Origin: a virus
Length of the DNA: 58,653 bases
Virus record (IMG/VR): IMGVR_UViG_3300006217_000050
Direction: 5' to 3' (one strand)
A program made the translations under genes and the position numbers. Shown piece by piece: positions 1 to 7,472 of the stretch. The notes under the pieces are model-generated. The model was not told the origin of the DNA, ran no database searches, and was given only the letters and a program-made list of their open reading frames with translations. Each line of letters begins with the position of its first letter. The first letter of the stretch is position 1.

Positions 1-109
1 CTTAATCCTCCTTGTAATAATCCCTGATTGCCTTTTCCACCAAAAGCAAGTCATTGTCGATTGTCAGCGTTTCAAACATTCCAATGGGAGATTTACTCAC
101 CGCCCCGTC
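1..109. repeat. Terminal direct repeat, left copy (identical to 58545..58653); marks circular closure or terminal redundancy
   Basis: Base-by-base comparison of the first 109 nt with the last 109 nt shows identity. Confidence 0.95.
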
Positions 110-631
110 CGATGCCTGAGTCACAAATAAATGCTTGCCGGATTCCTCAATGCACCGCAGGACGATGGTAAACATGCCCTCAAGACACACTTTTTCGTCA
201 ATCAGCTTGCCTATGGTCTTAGGCTTCACGTCCCCGAAGTCGTTCTTGTCCTCATGCATCATTACATAGACAATCTTGTCTGCCGGAACCTTGTCCGTAA
301 TGAATGTAATCAGCTGCCAAAAGTAATCGCCAATCTTATTGTAAAGAGTAAAAACACCATTCCCTGCCCCAGCATTAGAATGCCCATTCATGAACATATT
401 TGTAATGAGGTATCCCGCATCATCAATGACAATGTTATTTGCTTTTGACTGAATGAGTAGCTGCATGATTGTCTTATAATCATCACTTCTCCACCCATTC
501 ACCTTTCCCTTAAAAGGTAACGGTTTATTTATAACCCTTATAAGGTTCCAGTCATGATTGCCTGAACAGTTCCTCAGGCTTGTACTCTTTCCTGAACCTG
601 ATTTACCCATAATAAGTACCGCATGTGCCAT
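2..631 (-). CDS. P-loop NTPase, phage AAA_24/Sak4-like recombination-associated ATPase
   Basis: 209 aa. Walker A GKSGSGKS near the N-terminus and Walker B-like IVIDDAG. Lies next to a DUF669-type SSB across the circular junction. Confidence 0.7.
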   Translation of the reverse strand: MAHAVLIMGKSGSGKSTSLRNCSGNHDWNLIRVINKPLPFKGKVNGWRSDDYKTIMQLLIQSKANNIVIDDAGYLITNMFMNGHSNAGAGNGVFTLYNKIGDYFWQLITFITDKVPADKIVYVMMHEDKNDFGDVKPKTIGKLIDEKVCLEGMFTIVLRCIEESGKHLFVTQASDGAVSKSPIGMFETLTIDNDLLLVEKAIRDYYKED

Positions 632-653
632 ATTTCCCTAATCCTCAAATCTC

Positions 654-1061
654 CTACTTCAGAAGAACAGCTTTGCTCCAAAATCCAAGAGTGCCAGCAT
701 TTTCACTTTTATTCTTTTCCATCAACCTCCGATACCCTGATTCTCCATACTTTGCTTTCTTTGCTTCCCTGTCCTCAATTATCTTTTTAATCATGTTTTT
801 GGACTTATCTGACCGATAATAAAGTCTGTCAAACTTGTCCTTTTCTTTTCGGTATTCCCTTACAAATGTGCCGATATTGTACCGATATTTAAGATACTTT
901 TTGCCCGGATGGTCACTTATCCTAATGGAGTTGCATACACCATAATCCAGCTTAAGATATATGCTGTTTGTGGTGTATGCATTGTACCTCTGGACAGTAA
1001 ACCCATTCGCAATCAGCCGCTTTGCTATGGAATCGGCAAGATTGTCTAGTCCATTTTTCAT
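654..1061 (-). CDS. hypothetical protein
   Basis: ORF 654..1109. Start moved to ATG 1061, which is preceded by GGAGAGG. No recognisable domain. Confidence 0.5.
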   Translation of the reverse strand: MKNGLDNLADSIAKRLIANGFTVQRYNAYTTNSIYLKLDYGVCNSIRISDHPGKKYLKYRYNIGTFVREYRKEKDKFDRLYYRSDKSKNMIKKIIEDREAKKAKYGESGYRRLMEKNKSENAGTLGFWSKAVLLK

Positions 1062-1114
1062 GCTTATAATTCCTCTCCAACCGTCACAAACGGCAGCCCG
1101 CATATCCATTCTAT

Positions 1115-1606
1115 TTACCGGATAACCAAATGATCTCCCCGCTCTTTCAACACAGCAAATGGAAGTTCTGCGCCGTTTTTGAGCGCTTCACGGATTTTCA
1201 TGTTGTCAGGCTCTTTCCGACAGTATTCGTCTGGGATTTCCACATCGTGCAGAATCTCCATAGGCTGCAGCCCGCCGTTTTTCTGGATGCCGAAGCTGAA
1301 CAAATCCGTCTTGAATTTCAGCTTTCCAGTGGCTTTCATGCTCTCATACAAGTGCTGCTTAAGCCGCTTTTCATTGTTCGCAAGCGTTTCCATCCTTTTC
1401 TGCATCCGTCCGACTTCTGCCGCATACTTCTCTGATTCCGCCCGTAGTTCCTTGATGATTCTGGCATAATTATCAGCCTTAATCTCAAATTCCCCCTCAA
1501 TGCCCTCCAAGGTATCTGCAAATGCCTGAGGGTCAATGTTTTCCTCTTCCTCCAACATTTCCAGCAATCGGAGATAAACTCCTGTGATTTCATATAGTGT
1601 ACTCAT
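1115..1606 (-). CDS. Siphovirus Gp157-like protein
   Basis: 163 aa, acidic coiled-coil N-terminus (LEMLEEEENIDPQAFADTLEGIEGEFEIKADNYARIIKEL). This is typical of the Gp157 family found beside Sak4/SSB modules. Confidence 0.6.
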   Translation of the reverse strand: MSTLYEITGVYLRLLEMLEEEENIDPQAFADTLEGIEGEFEIKADNYARIIKELRAESEKYAAEVGRMQKRMETLANNEKRLKQHLYESMKATGKLKFKTDLFSFGIQKNGGLQPMEILHDVEIPDEYCRKEPDNMKIREALKNGAELPFAVLKERGDHLVIR

Positions 1607-1612
1607 GCTCTC

Positions 1613-1876
1613 CTAATCCTCCTTTACAGTCAGCACGCTTTTCCTCGGGCAGTAATAGTGGGTAGTCTTCCCATCCTTGCCGGCCGGAACCGCCACAAGC
1701 ACCCTGTCGATGGAGCTTATGTCCTTGTCAACCTTGGAATGGCTCTTCTTTGTGCCAGATGGGATATGCTGCATTGCCCCCACTCCCGCCGGGATATCTG
1801 CGATTACCGTTCCATGCTTTTCTGTCCAAGAGCCTTGCGCCTGGCTCTTCCATGTCACCTTATCTCCAGCTTTCAA
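1613..1876 (-). CDS. hypothetical protein (start uncertain)
   Basis: ORF 1613..2002 overlaps the upstream gene by about 100 nt. An in-frame TTG at 1876 preceded by GAGGAAGGA removes the overlap. Confidence 0.4.
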   Translation of the reverse strand: MKAGDKVTWKSQAQGSWTEKHGTVIADIPAGVGAMQHIPSGTKKSHSKVDKDISSIDRVLVAVPAGKDGKTTHYYCPRKSVLTVKED

Positions 1877-1898
1877 TTTCCAATCCTTCCTCAATATA

Positions 1899-2132
1899 TT
1901 ATTTAATGGAATCCAACACGCTCTGTATATTGATACGATTTCCGGTTTCCGTAAAGTTCTTCGATAACCTATTACCGTATGTTCCATCGGAAAAAAGAAC
2001 ATCTACCCAACCAACTACTTTTTCCGAGCTACCATATCCATTACTTTTCATATAAACCTTAGTTACAACAGCCGGAAGAATCCGGTTCCCTGCCTTTTCT
2101 TTTGTTTTTACAATATCTCCAACCTTAACCAT
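1899..2132 (-). CDS. hypothetical small protein
   Basis: 77-aa ORF in the early leftward operon, tightly packed with its neighbours. Confidence 0.5.
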   Translation of the reverse strand: MVKVGDIVKTKEKAGNRILPAVVTKVYMKSNGYGSSEKVVGWVDVLFSDGTYGNRLSKNFTETGNRINIQSVLDSIK

Positions 2133-2277
2133 CTTCCCTACCCTTTCTTTCCGCCTCTTCGTAAGCTTGTCTTTCCCTCTTCATCCTTGCCCTGTCCGGT
2201 ATCTGATACTCTGCATCATCCCATGGACAATCCATCACAACACCGTCACTAAACATATCCATTTCCAGAGTATTCAC
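2125..2277 (-). CDS. hypothetical small protein
   Basis: In-frame GTG at 2277 overlaps the upstream stop (GTGA) and follows GGAGGTG. The ORF track extends it to 2316. Confidence 0.4.
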   Translation of the reverse strand: MNTLEMDMFSDGVVMDCPWDDAEYQIPDRARMKRERQAYEEAERKGREDG

Positions 2278-2474
2278 TTGACACCTCCACGCAGCTCCCA
2301 CGTGACGGTGATACATTCCTCGCTTTTTCCCGCTGCCGTAGAATAAGTATTCGCTGGGTTGTCTTCACGACACCTCAGTCCATAGTTCGTTACTTCCAGG
2401 ATCCCCATAGAGATCAGCATGAGAGTTACATATGGACTCGCCTGCGGAATAGGTATGATTTCCGTTTTAAACAC
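2274..2474 (-). CDS. hypothetical small protein
   Basis: 66-aa ORF. GTG start preceded by AAAGGAG. Confidence 0.45.
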   Translation of the reverse strand: MFKTEIIPIPQASPYVTLMLISMGILEVTNYGLRCREDNPANTYSTAAGKSEECITVTWELRGGVK

Positions 2475-2506
2475 TTTTACTCCTTTCTTCAGTGTCTGCC
2501 AAGCTC

Positions 2507-2752
2507 CTAATTCTCCAGGTTCGCTGCGCTTTCCTGAGTCTCGATACTTTCATCTGAAACCTCTAAGTCCAATTCGATAGACACAGTGTTGTTATCATAC
2601 CAGGTAAAATTTCTGACCACAGTATTCATGTGATCCAGGATTTTCTCCTGATACCAACGTCCGAACGCAATAGTAGCGCTTTTATGTCCTCGAAGCCAAA
2701 CATTTGTTTTGTTGTTAATAATCCCCAAAGCAAAAATCTGTTTTAACGTCAT
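2507..2752 (-). CDS. hypothetical protein
   Basis: ATG 2752 preceded by a strong GAAGGAGG. The ORF track extends it to 2824. Confidence 0.55.
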   Translation of the reverse strand: MTLKQIFALGIINNKTNVWLRGHKSATIAFGRWYQEKILDHMNTVVRNFTWYDNNTVSIELDLEVSDESIETQESAANLEN

Positions 2753-2783
2753 GTTATCCTCCTTCTGACAGTCCATCGCCTTT

Positions 2784-2966
2784 TTATCCCTGAAAAATTG
2801 CAGGAACCACTGTCTCATACTCATGCTTGTGAGGGTTGTATTTCTGGATCTCTGCTATCGCAAGGCTGTCATAAAATTCCCGCGCCCGGGACATGGTCTG
2901 AAACCCAACATACTCCTCCTGGCCGTCGTCTCCCCAGAATTTCACTCTTAATTTAGTTAGTGGCAC
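2784..2966 (-). CDS. hypothetical small protein
   Basis: GTG 2966 preceded by AAAGGAGG. The ORF track extends it to 3002. Confidence 0.45.
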   Translation of the reverse strand: MPLTKLRVKFWGDDGQEEYVGFQTMSRAREFYDSLAIAEIQKYNPHKHEYETVVPAIFQG

Positions 2967-3083
2967 TGCTCCTCCTTTCCCCGTGCCCTCCGCGTGGTGC
3001 ACAGCCTATGGCATAGCTGTACACCTTATGAAAGGAGAGGTGGTGTATACACACCACGCGCAGGACACGGAGCTTTTTTGCTC

Positions 3084-3323
3084 TTACATCTTCATCAGTT
3101 TTAAGATTTCCTCATCTGTCGCCTGAAACTCCTTGAAAATCACATACAATTGTACATTTTCAAACTTCCCCTGCTTAAGCCTATTTCCAAACCCCTGCTG
3201 GGTGATATGTAGTAATTCTCCCATATACGCCTGGGTCTTTCCCAGACTCTTCATGCGCCCATTTATCCACTCTCGTAGGTCCGTCTGGAGATAATCTTTT
3301 TTCTTAATTGCTACCCGCGGCAC
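3084..3323 (-). CDS. small helix-turn-helix DNA-binding protein
   Basis: 79 aa. The segment SLGKTQAYMGELLHITQQGFGNRLKQG looks like an HTH. Early-operon position. Confidence 0.5.
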   Translation of the reverse strand: MPRVAIKKKDYLQTDLREWINGRMKSLGKTQAYMGELLHITQQGFGNRLKQGKFENVQLYVIFKEFQATDEEILKLMKM

Positions 3324-3365
3324 TTATATCACCTCCACATTATTCACGTCCCAAGGACGTATTGC

Positions 3366-3506
3366 TTAGACGTATTCGCGCCAGTTCTGGGCAAAGTAGC
3401 TCGTCATTGCAGATCCGTCCTTGACACGGATGTCCTTCCGGCAGGGTTTATGTATGCCCCGATTCGCCATATTTGTTTTTGCAACTGCTCTTGCGAGTTT
3501 CCTCAT
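3366..3506 (-). CDS. hypothetical small basic protein (46 aa, below the ORF-track cutoff)
   Basis: ATG 3506 preceded by AAAGGAGGA. My translation is MRKLARAVAKTNMANRGIHKPCRKDIRVKDGSAMTSYFAQNWREYV. Confidence 0.5.
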   Translation of the reverse strand: MRKLARAVAKTNMANRGIHKPCRKDIRVKDGSAMTSYFAQNWREYV

Positions 3507-3556
3507 GATACTTGTCCTCCTTTTGATTAAAATCTGGAAGCCCACTCTGGAGCATC

Positions 3557-3754
3557 CTATTCCTTCACATGCACCATTTTTGTAAGGGGTTCGTATTCCA
3601 GCTCCAAGGAATTGCCCTCCCGGTCTGTCAAAAACCCCTCATTACCTCTCACAGTAAGGGAAAAATACTCCTCTACCAAACCCTCCTGGACCATCCATTT
3701 CCTGATTGCATATTCCGCGATACTCCTCGCACCTTTAATTGCCATCGCATTCAC
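3557..3754 (-). CDS. hypothetical small protein
   Basis: 65-aa ORF, second gene of the leftward early operon. Confidence 0.5.
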   Translation of the reverse strand: MNAMAIKGARSIAEYAIRKWMVQEGLVEEYFSLTVRGNEGFLTDREGNSLELEYEPLTKMVHVKE

Positions 3755-3763
3755 CTCCCATCC

Positions 3764-4018
3764 TTACTCCAAAAAATATGTTTCGCCTCCTTTATTTTGC
3801 GCTGTGCAACTTCCGTTGTAAAAAAAATAAACAGCAAATTCCTCTGGCTTAATATGCAATAAATCTGAAAGTTGTTCAGCTTCATTTAAATCCATAGGAC
3901 GAATATTGTTTATTTTCTGATTAATAGTTGGCTGTGCAAGTCCTAACGAATTAGCAACATCTTTCTGGGTTATCTGCAATTCTGCCATTCTACCCTTGAT
4001 TTTATTTGTGTTAATCAA
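3764..4018 (-). CDS. Cro-like XRE-family HTH regulator
   Basis: HTH segment ITQKDVANSLGLAQPTINQKINN. Divergent from the CI-like gene. TTG 4018 preceded by AAGGAGGAA. Confidence 0.7.
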   Translation of the reverse strand: MINTNKIKGRMAELQITQKDVANSLGLAQPTINQKINNIRPMDLNEAEQLSDLLHIKPEEFAVYFFYNGSCTAQNKGGETYFLE

Positions 4019-4044
4019 GTTTATTCCTCCTTTCGTCTGAATCA

Positions 4045-4073
4045 ATAGTAGCATTATGCAACAAATATGTCAA
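4045..4073 (-). promoter_or_regulatory. Leftward early promoter (TTGACA-17-TACTAT)
   Basis: On the minus strand, TTGACA (4068..4073), a 17-nt spacer and TACTAT (4045..4050), upstream of the Cro-like gene. Confidence 0.6.
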
Positions 4074-4114
4074 TAGCTGTGCGCAACTTTTTTTAAATTA
4101 TTTTGTTTTTGCTA

Positions 4115-4143
4115 TTGCATTACGCAATAAAATATAATATAAT
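4115..4143 (+). promoter_or_regulatory. Rightward repressor promoter (TTGCAT-17-TATAAT) overlapping a TTGC-N5-GCAA inverted repeat
   Basis: TTGCAT 4115..4120, 17-nt spacer, TATAAT 4138..4143. TTGCATTACGCAA lies at 4115..4127. Confidence 0.6.
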
Positions 4144-4168
4144 GTCTGTCATAGAGAGGTGATTCAAC

Positions 4169-4612
4169 ATGACAAATGCAGAAATAGGAAATAGAATCAA
4201 ACATGCTCGTGATTTAAGAGATGTTACTTTGGATGATATCGCAAAAAAAGTAGGTGTTGCAAAATCTACTATACAACGCTATGAGACTGGAAAGATTACT
4301 ACTATAAAAATTCCTGTTGTTGAGTCAATCGCCATAGCTTTAAATGTGAATCCTGCATGGATTGTTGGAAAATCTGAAGATATGGAGCTTCCATCACAAA
4401 AGGTTCCAAAAATCATGCAGTATTACGAACAGCTCAACGACATAGGCAAGCATGAAGCCACAAAGAGGGTTGAGGAGCTGACAATGGTTCCGCGGTATGT
4501 TAAAGAAGATCCTGGTTATGTCAATGCGGCCCATGCGGATGATTATGCCAATGCTCCAGAGGAGCTGAAGCAATTAGAAGAAGAAATGATTATGAAAAAA
4601 TTTCTAAAGTAA
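4169..4612 (+). CDS. CI-like XRE-family repressor (no S24 peptidase domain)
   Basis: 147 aa. N-terminal HTH LDDIAKKVGVAKSTIQRYETGK. Followed by an ImmA-like gene, as in ImmR/ImmA modules. Confidence 0.8.
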   Translation: MTNAEIGNRIKHARDLRDVTLDDIAKKVGVAKSTIQRYETGKITTIKIPVVESIAIALNVNPAWIVGKSEDMELPSQKVPKIMQYYEQLNDIGKHEATKRVEELTMVPRYVKEDPGYVNAAHADDYANAPEELKQLEEEMIMKKFLK

Positions 4613-4624
4613 GGAGTTGATTTT

Positions 4625-5080
4625 GTGACATACGAAGACTTGTTGATTGAGGCAGACCAAAACAACATCATCACAAAAGAAGCGCCGCTTCCTATCAGTA
4701 AGGGAAGAATAATGGGGAATTGGATAGCAATAAACAGCAAAATGACCGAAACAGAAAAGAAATGCATCATGGCGGAGGAGCTGGGTCACTATTACACCGG
4801 GTGCGGAGACATCCTGGACCAGTCCTCTGTTGCCAATAGGAAGCAGGAACGGTATGGCCGGGTTCATGCATATAACCGCCTGGTCGGCCTGATCGGGCTC
4901 ATAGACGTGTACAAGCATCACTGTGAAAGCCTTTATGATGCAGCTGAGCACCTGCATGTATCGGAGGATTTCTTAGCAGAATCAATATCATATTACCGAA
5001 GCAAGTACGGAGTCTGCACCACCGTTGATAACTATGTAGTTTATTTTGAGCCGCATATCGGAGTGCTTGAGCTGAAGTAA
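4625..5080 (+). CDS. ImmA/IrrE-like (DUF955) metallopeptidase, putative anti-repressor protease
   Basis: 151 aa, GTG start. EELGH motif in the place of HExxH. Sits immediately downstream of the XRE repressor. Confidence 0.6.
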   Translation: MTYEDLLIEADQNNIITKEAPLPISKGRIMGNWIAINSKMTETEKKCIMAEELGHYYTGCGDILDQSSVANRKQERYGRVHAYNRLVGLIGLIDVYKHHCESLYDAAEHLHVSEDFLAESISYYRSKYGVCTTVDNYVVYFEPHIGVLELK

Positions 5081-5106
5081 CCCTAGAACAGGGAAGAAGG
5101 TGGCGA

Positions 5107-5661
5107 ATGAGTTTAATACTTGGATACGCAACTAAGACAAATGCTGTTATAATGAGCGATGGAAAAGCTGGTGGAACAATAAGGCCATCAGAATCTTGCA
5201 ATAAAACCAGGAAAATTAATGACAATATTATCTTGGGATTTGCCGGATATTTAGAAGATATTACTTATGCTTTCGATTATATCACTGATGTAAGCGGTAA
5301 TGACCTCAATAATTATATGATAGATGATTTTTGGAACATAATTATTTCCTTTATGAGAAATAAGCAAACACCAAAATTTTTCCATTCCTCATTTATTATT
5401 ATTGGACGTCATAATAATGGAAACATGTATACTTCTATAATAGGTGACAATACAAATTATATGCTTGAAGAACACAAAGTGGAAAACCCCCGGTATTTAA
5501 CTATAGGTGGAAGCATTGACGGAGAAATCATCAATCAAATTTACTCTAGTAATATAAAACAATTTGGAAGCCCAATAGAAAAACGCATAATTGATACCAT
5601 AAGGAAAGTATCAGCTCTTGACAACTCCATCAACACAAATACTTTTACCGTTACGATTTAA
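5107..5661 (+). CDS. HslV/20S-proteasome-beta-like Ntn-hydrolase-fold protein (paralog 1)
   Basis: 184 aa. MSLILGYATKTNAVIMSDGKAGG...NKTRKINDNIILGFAGYLEDITYAF aligns by eye with HslV TTIVSV...VVIAGDGQ...[23 protein letters not shown]. A later LTIGGSIDG matches GSGG. Visibly AT-rich. Confidence 0.6.
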   Translation: MSLILGYATKTNAVIMSDGKAGGTIRPSESCNKTRKINDNIILGFAGYLEDITYAFDYITDVSGNDLNNYMIDDFWNIIISFMRNKQTPKFFHSSFIIIGRHNNGNMYTSIIGDNTNYMLEEHKVENPRYLTIGGSIDGEIINQIYSSNIKQFGSPIEKRIIDTIRKVSALDNSINTNTFTVTI

Positions 5662-5784
5662 TGTCGCCGTGTACTGGTCAACATCATCAATGGCAATATC
5701 TAATTTGTTATTGTTCATGTCTCCAAGATCAGTAACTCTTTTAGGATATTTTGACCAGTCAATATGTTTATAATTTTGTTCCAT
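5611..5784 (-). CDS. small ORF (57 aa) convergent with and overlapping the Ntn-like gene; N-terminus resembles a tail-fibre N-terminus
   Basis: ATG 5784 preceded by AAAGGAGA and lying downstream of promoter-like element P1. MEQNYKHIDWSKYPKRVTDLGDMNNNKLDIAIDDVDQ compares with fibre ENIGWENKPSDKSPINKRNLNKMDYSIDVIDDR. Confidence 0.4.
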   Translation of the reverse strand: MEQNYKHIDWSKYPKRVTDLGDMNNNKLDIAIDDVDQYTATLNRNGKSICVDGVVKS

Positions 5785-5812
5785 AGCTTATCTCCTTTTC
5801 TGTTCTATAAAT

Positions 5813-5846
5813 AATTATACATCGTAAAAGGAGCTATTTGTACCAA
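5813..5846 (-). promoter_or_regulatory. Phage-specific promoter-like element P1 (TTGGTACAA-N19-ATAATT)
   Basis: Read on the minus strand. Shares the motif and the exact 19-nt spacing with ten other sites. Confidence 0.55.
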
Positions 5847-5880
5847 AATAAAACCGCCCGGTGCTACCAACACCGAACGG
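5845..5880 (-). terminator. Rho-independent terminator-like hairpin (minus strand)
   Basis: Minus strand reads CCGTTCGGTG-ttggtag-CACCGGGCGG followed by TTTTATTTT. Confidence 0.55.
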
Positions 5881-5893
5881 CTTTAGATACACC

Positions 5894-5950
5894 CCAGAAG
5901 GATGATACATTAGGTCTCCCAAACCTACACACAGTGTATCATCCTCCTGG
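5894..5950. repeat. 16-bp near-perfect inverted repeat with a 25-nt loop (structured RNA/DNA element)
   Basis: ccagaaggatgataca (5894..5909) pairs with tgtatcatcctcctgg (5935..5950), with one mismatch. Confidence 0.6.
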
Positions 5951-6020
5951 GCACCTGGTCAATCAGAACATTTGTTTATGATTGGGTGTAATTTTTGTAC
6001 TCATTTTTAAGGAGGCTATC

Positions 6021-7049
6021 ATGAAGATTGAAAAGCGAGGATCCGGATCCTACCGGGTCAGGAAGATGTACAAGGGGCAGATGTACACGGTCAATTTTGA
6101 CCACAAGCCCACACAGAAAGAAGCTATGTTGGCTATGGCGGATGAGCTACAGAAGATTCAGACTAAGCATGAGAGCATGGATTTCAAAGCGGCGGCTGAA
6201 GAATATATTGAGGCTAAGAAAAATGTATTGTCTCCCACAACAATAAAGGGTTATAAAAGTGCCATGAAAACCATATCTAAAAAATTCCAGGGCCTAAACA
6301 TACACGACATTACGGCCTTAGATATACAATCCGAGATCAATATTTTAGCAATAGGACACAGCCCGAAGACTGTACGGAACTACCACGGCTTTATTTCGGC
6401 CGTCCTGGGCACATTTTGTCCGAACCTTAAGATTAGTACCACCCTGCCACAAAAACTCAAAAACGAGCCGTATATACCCTCTGATGAAGAAGTGAAGAAA
6501 ATACTAAAATATTCTAAGGGAACCGAGTATGAGATTCCAATAATTCTTGCCTGCTATGGTCTACGTAGATCGGAAATATGCGCATTGACACTCGACGATA
6601 TAGAAGATGATATAGTAACCATTGATAAAGCCAAAGTATTAGCAGACACAGAAACCTGGGTAAACAAAACAACAAAGACAACTTCAAGTACACGGCAAAT
6701 TATTATACCAATGGAAATCGCAGACATGATAAGAAAGAAAGGCTACATATACAAAGGCCATCCTAATTCAATAAACTCTTTCCTGGTAAAAACCGAAGAT
6801 AAACTTGGAATACCACACTTTCCGTTGCATAAACTTCGCCATTATTTTGCATCTAAAATGAGTGCTCTAAATGTGCCGGAAGCAGATATTATGAAGATGG
6901 GTGGATGGGAAACGGATCATGTTATGAAATCAGTTTACCGGCATTCCATGATAAACCAAGAAAAAGACGCTAAGAGGCAAGCAGCTGAAAAGTTAAAAAA
7001 TGCCCTTTTCACCCAGGACAACTCCGGACAAATTCTGGACAAAAAGTGA
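6021..7049 (+). CDS. int: Tyrosine-type site-specific integrase
   Basis: ATG 6021 preceded by AAGGAGG. C-terminal HKLRHYFAS ... GGWETDHVMKSVYRH matches the HxLRH and catalytic Tyr motifs. Confidence 0.9.
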   Translation: MKIEKRGSGSYRVRKMYKGQMYTVNFDHKPTQKEAMLAMADELQKIQTKHESMDFKAAAEEYIEAKKNVLSPTTIKGYKSAMKTISKKFQGLNIHDITALDIQSEINILAIGHSPKTVRNYHGFISAVLGTFCPNLKISTTLPQKLKNEPYIPSDEEVKKILKYSKGTEYEIPIILACYGLRRSEICALTLDDIEDDIVTIDKAKVLADTETWVNKTTKTTSSTRQIIIPMEIADMIRKKGYIYKGHPNSINSFLVKTEDKLGIPHFPLHKLRHYFASKMSALNVPEADIMKMGGWETDHVMKSVYRHSMINQEKDAKRQAAEKLKNALFTQDNSGQILDKK

Positions 7050-7094
7050 TACAAATTTGCGTTGTAACGTACAAATATAAATTGTAAAACTGAC

Positions 7095-7154
7095 ATGCAA
7101 AAAGCCGCAGATCCTCGATTTTCCTGGGAAAACCTTGGTTCTGCGGCTTTGCAT
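7095..7154. repeat. Long inverted repeat downstream of int (terminator-like)
   Basis: atgcaaaaagccgcaga (7095..7111) pairs with tctgcggctttgcat (7140..7154). Confidence 0.5.
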
Positions 7155-7160
7155 GAAAAA

Positions 7161-7185
7161 AGCGGGTGATGGGAATCGAACCCAC
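7161..7185 (-). other. attP core: 3' fragment (T-arm plus acceptor strand) of a tRNA gene, tRNA-Gly-like
   Basis: Minus strand reads GTGGGTTCGATTCCCATCACCCGCT. No matching 5' half is nearby. Sits just after int. Confidence 0.6.
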
Positions 7186-7228
7186 AAAACAAATTCTCAA
7201 AAACATTGTAAATACAGGGCTTCAAAAA

Positions 7229-7252
7229 TTTCTGGACAAATTTCTGGACAAA
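7229..7252 (+). repeat. Tandem 12-bp repeat tttctggacaaa x2, candidate integrase arm-type sites
   Basis: Two exact copies. Two more GGACAAA copies at 7024..7045 lie on the other side of the attP core. Confidence 0.5.
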
Positions 7253-7336
7253 TTTTTCAACTTTATCTTCTTCTGTTTAGACTACAAGTCTTATCCTCAA
7301 TTTTGCATTTTGTAAATATTCTTAAAACCAGTAAAC

Positions 7337-7370
7337 TTGGTACAATGATTTTCCCTTTCCATATTATAAT
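7337..7370 (+). promoter_or_regulatory. Promoter-like element P2 (TTGGTACAA-N19-TATAAT)
   Basis: Plus strand, about 100 nt upstream of the antirepressor-like gene at 7473. Confidence 0.6.
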
Positions 7371-7472
7371 GAAAATATGGCAGGGATAGGGAGCGCACCC
7401 GACAAAAGCAGCTTTCCACCTTTCATGCTTTCCCTGCCTATGTTGGAAATGGTGGAGAAAGGTGAAGTGTAT

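Noticed and set aside
5838-5846. TGGTACAA box as a LexA/CI operator
   Set aside because: It does not match the GAAC-N4-GTTC Cheo box. It is absent from the CI/Cro switch region. It is directional with a fixed distance to a -10 hexamer, which fits a promoter element better than a dimer operator.
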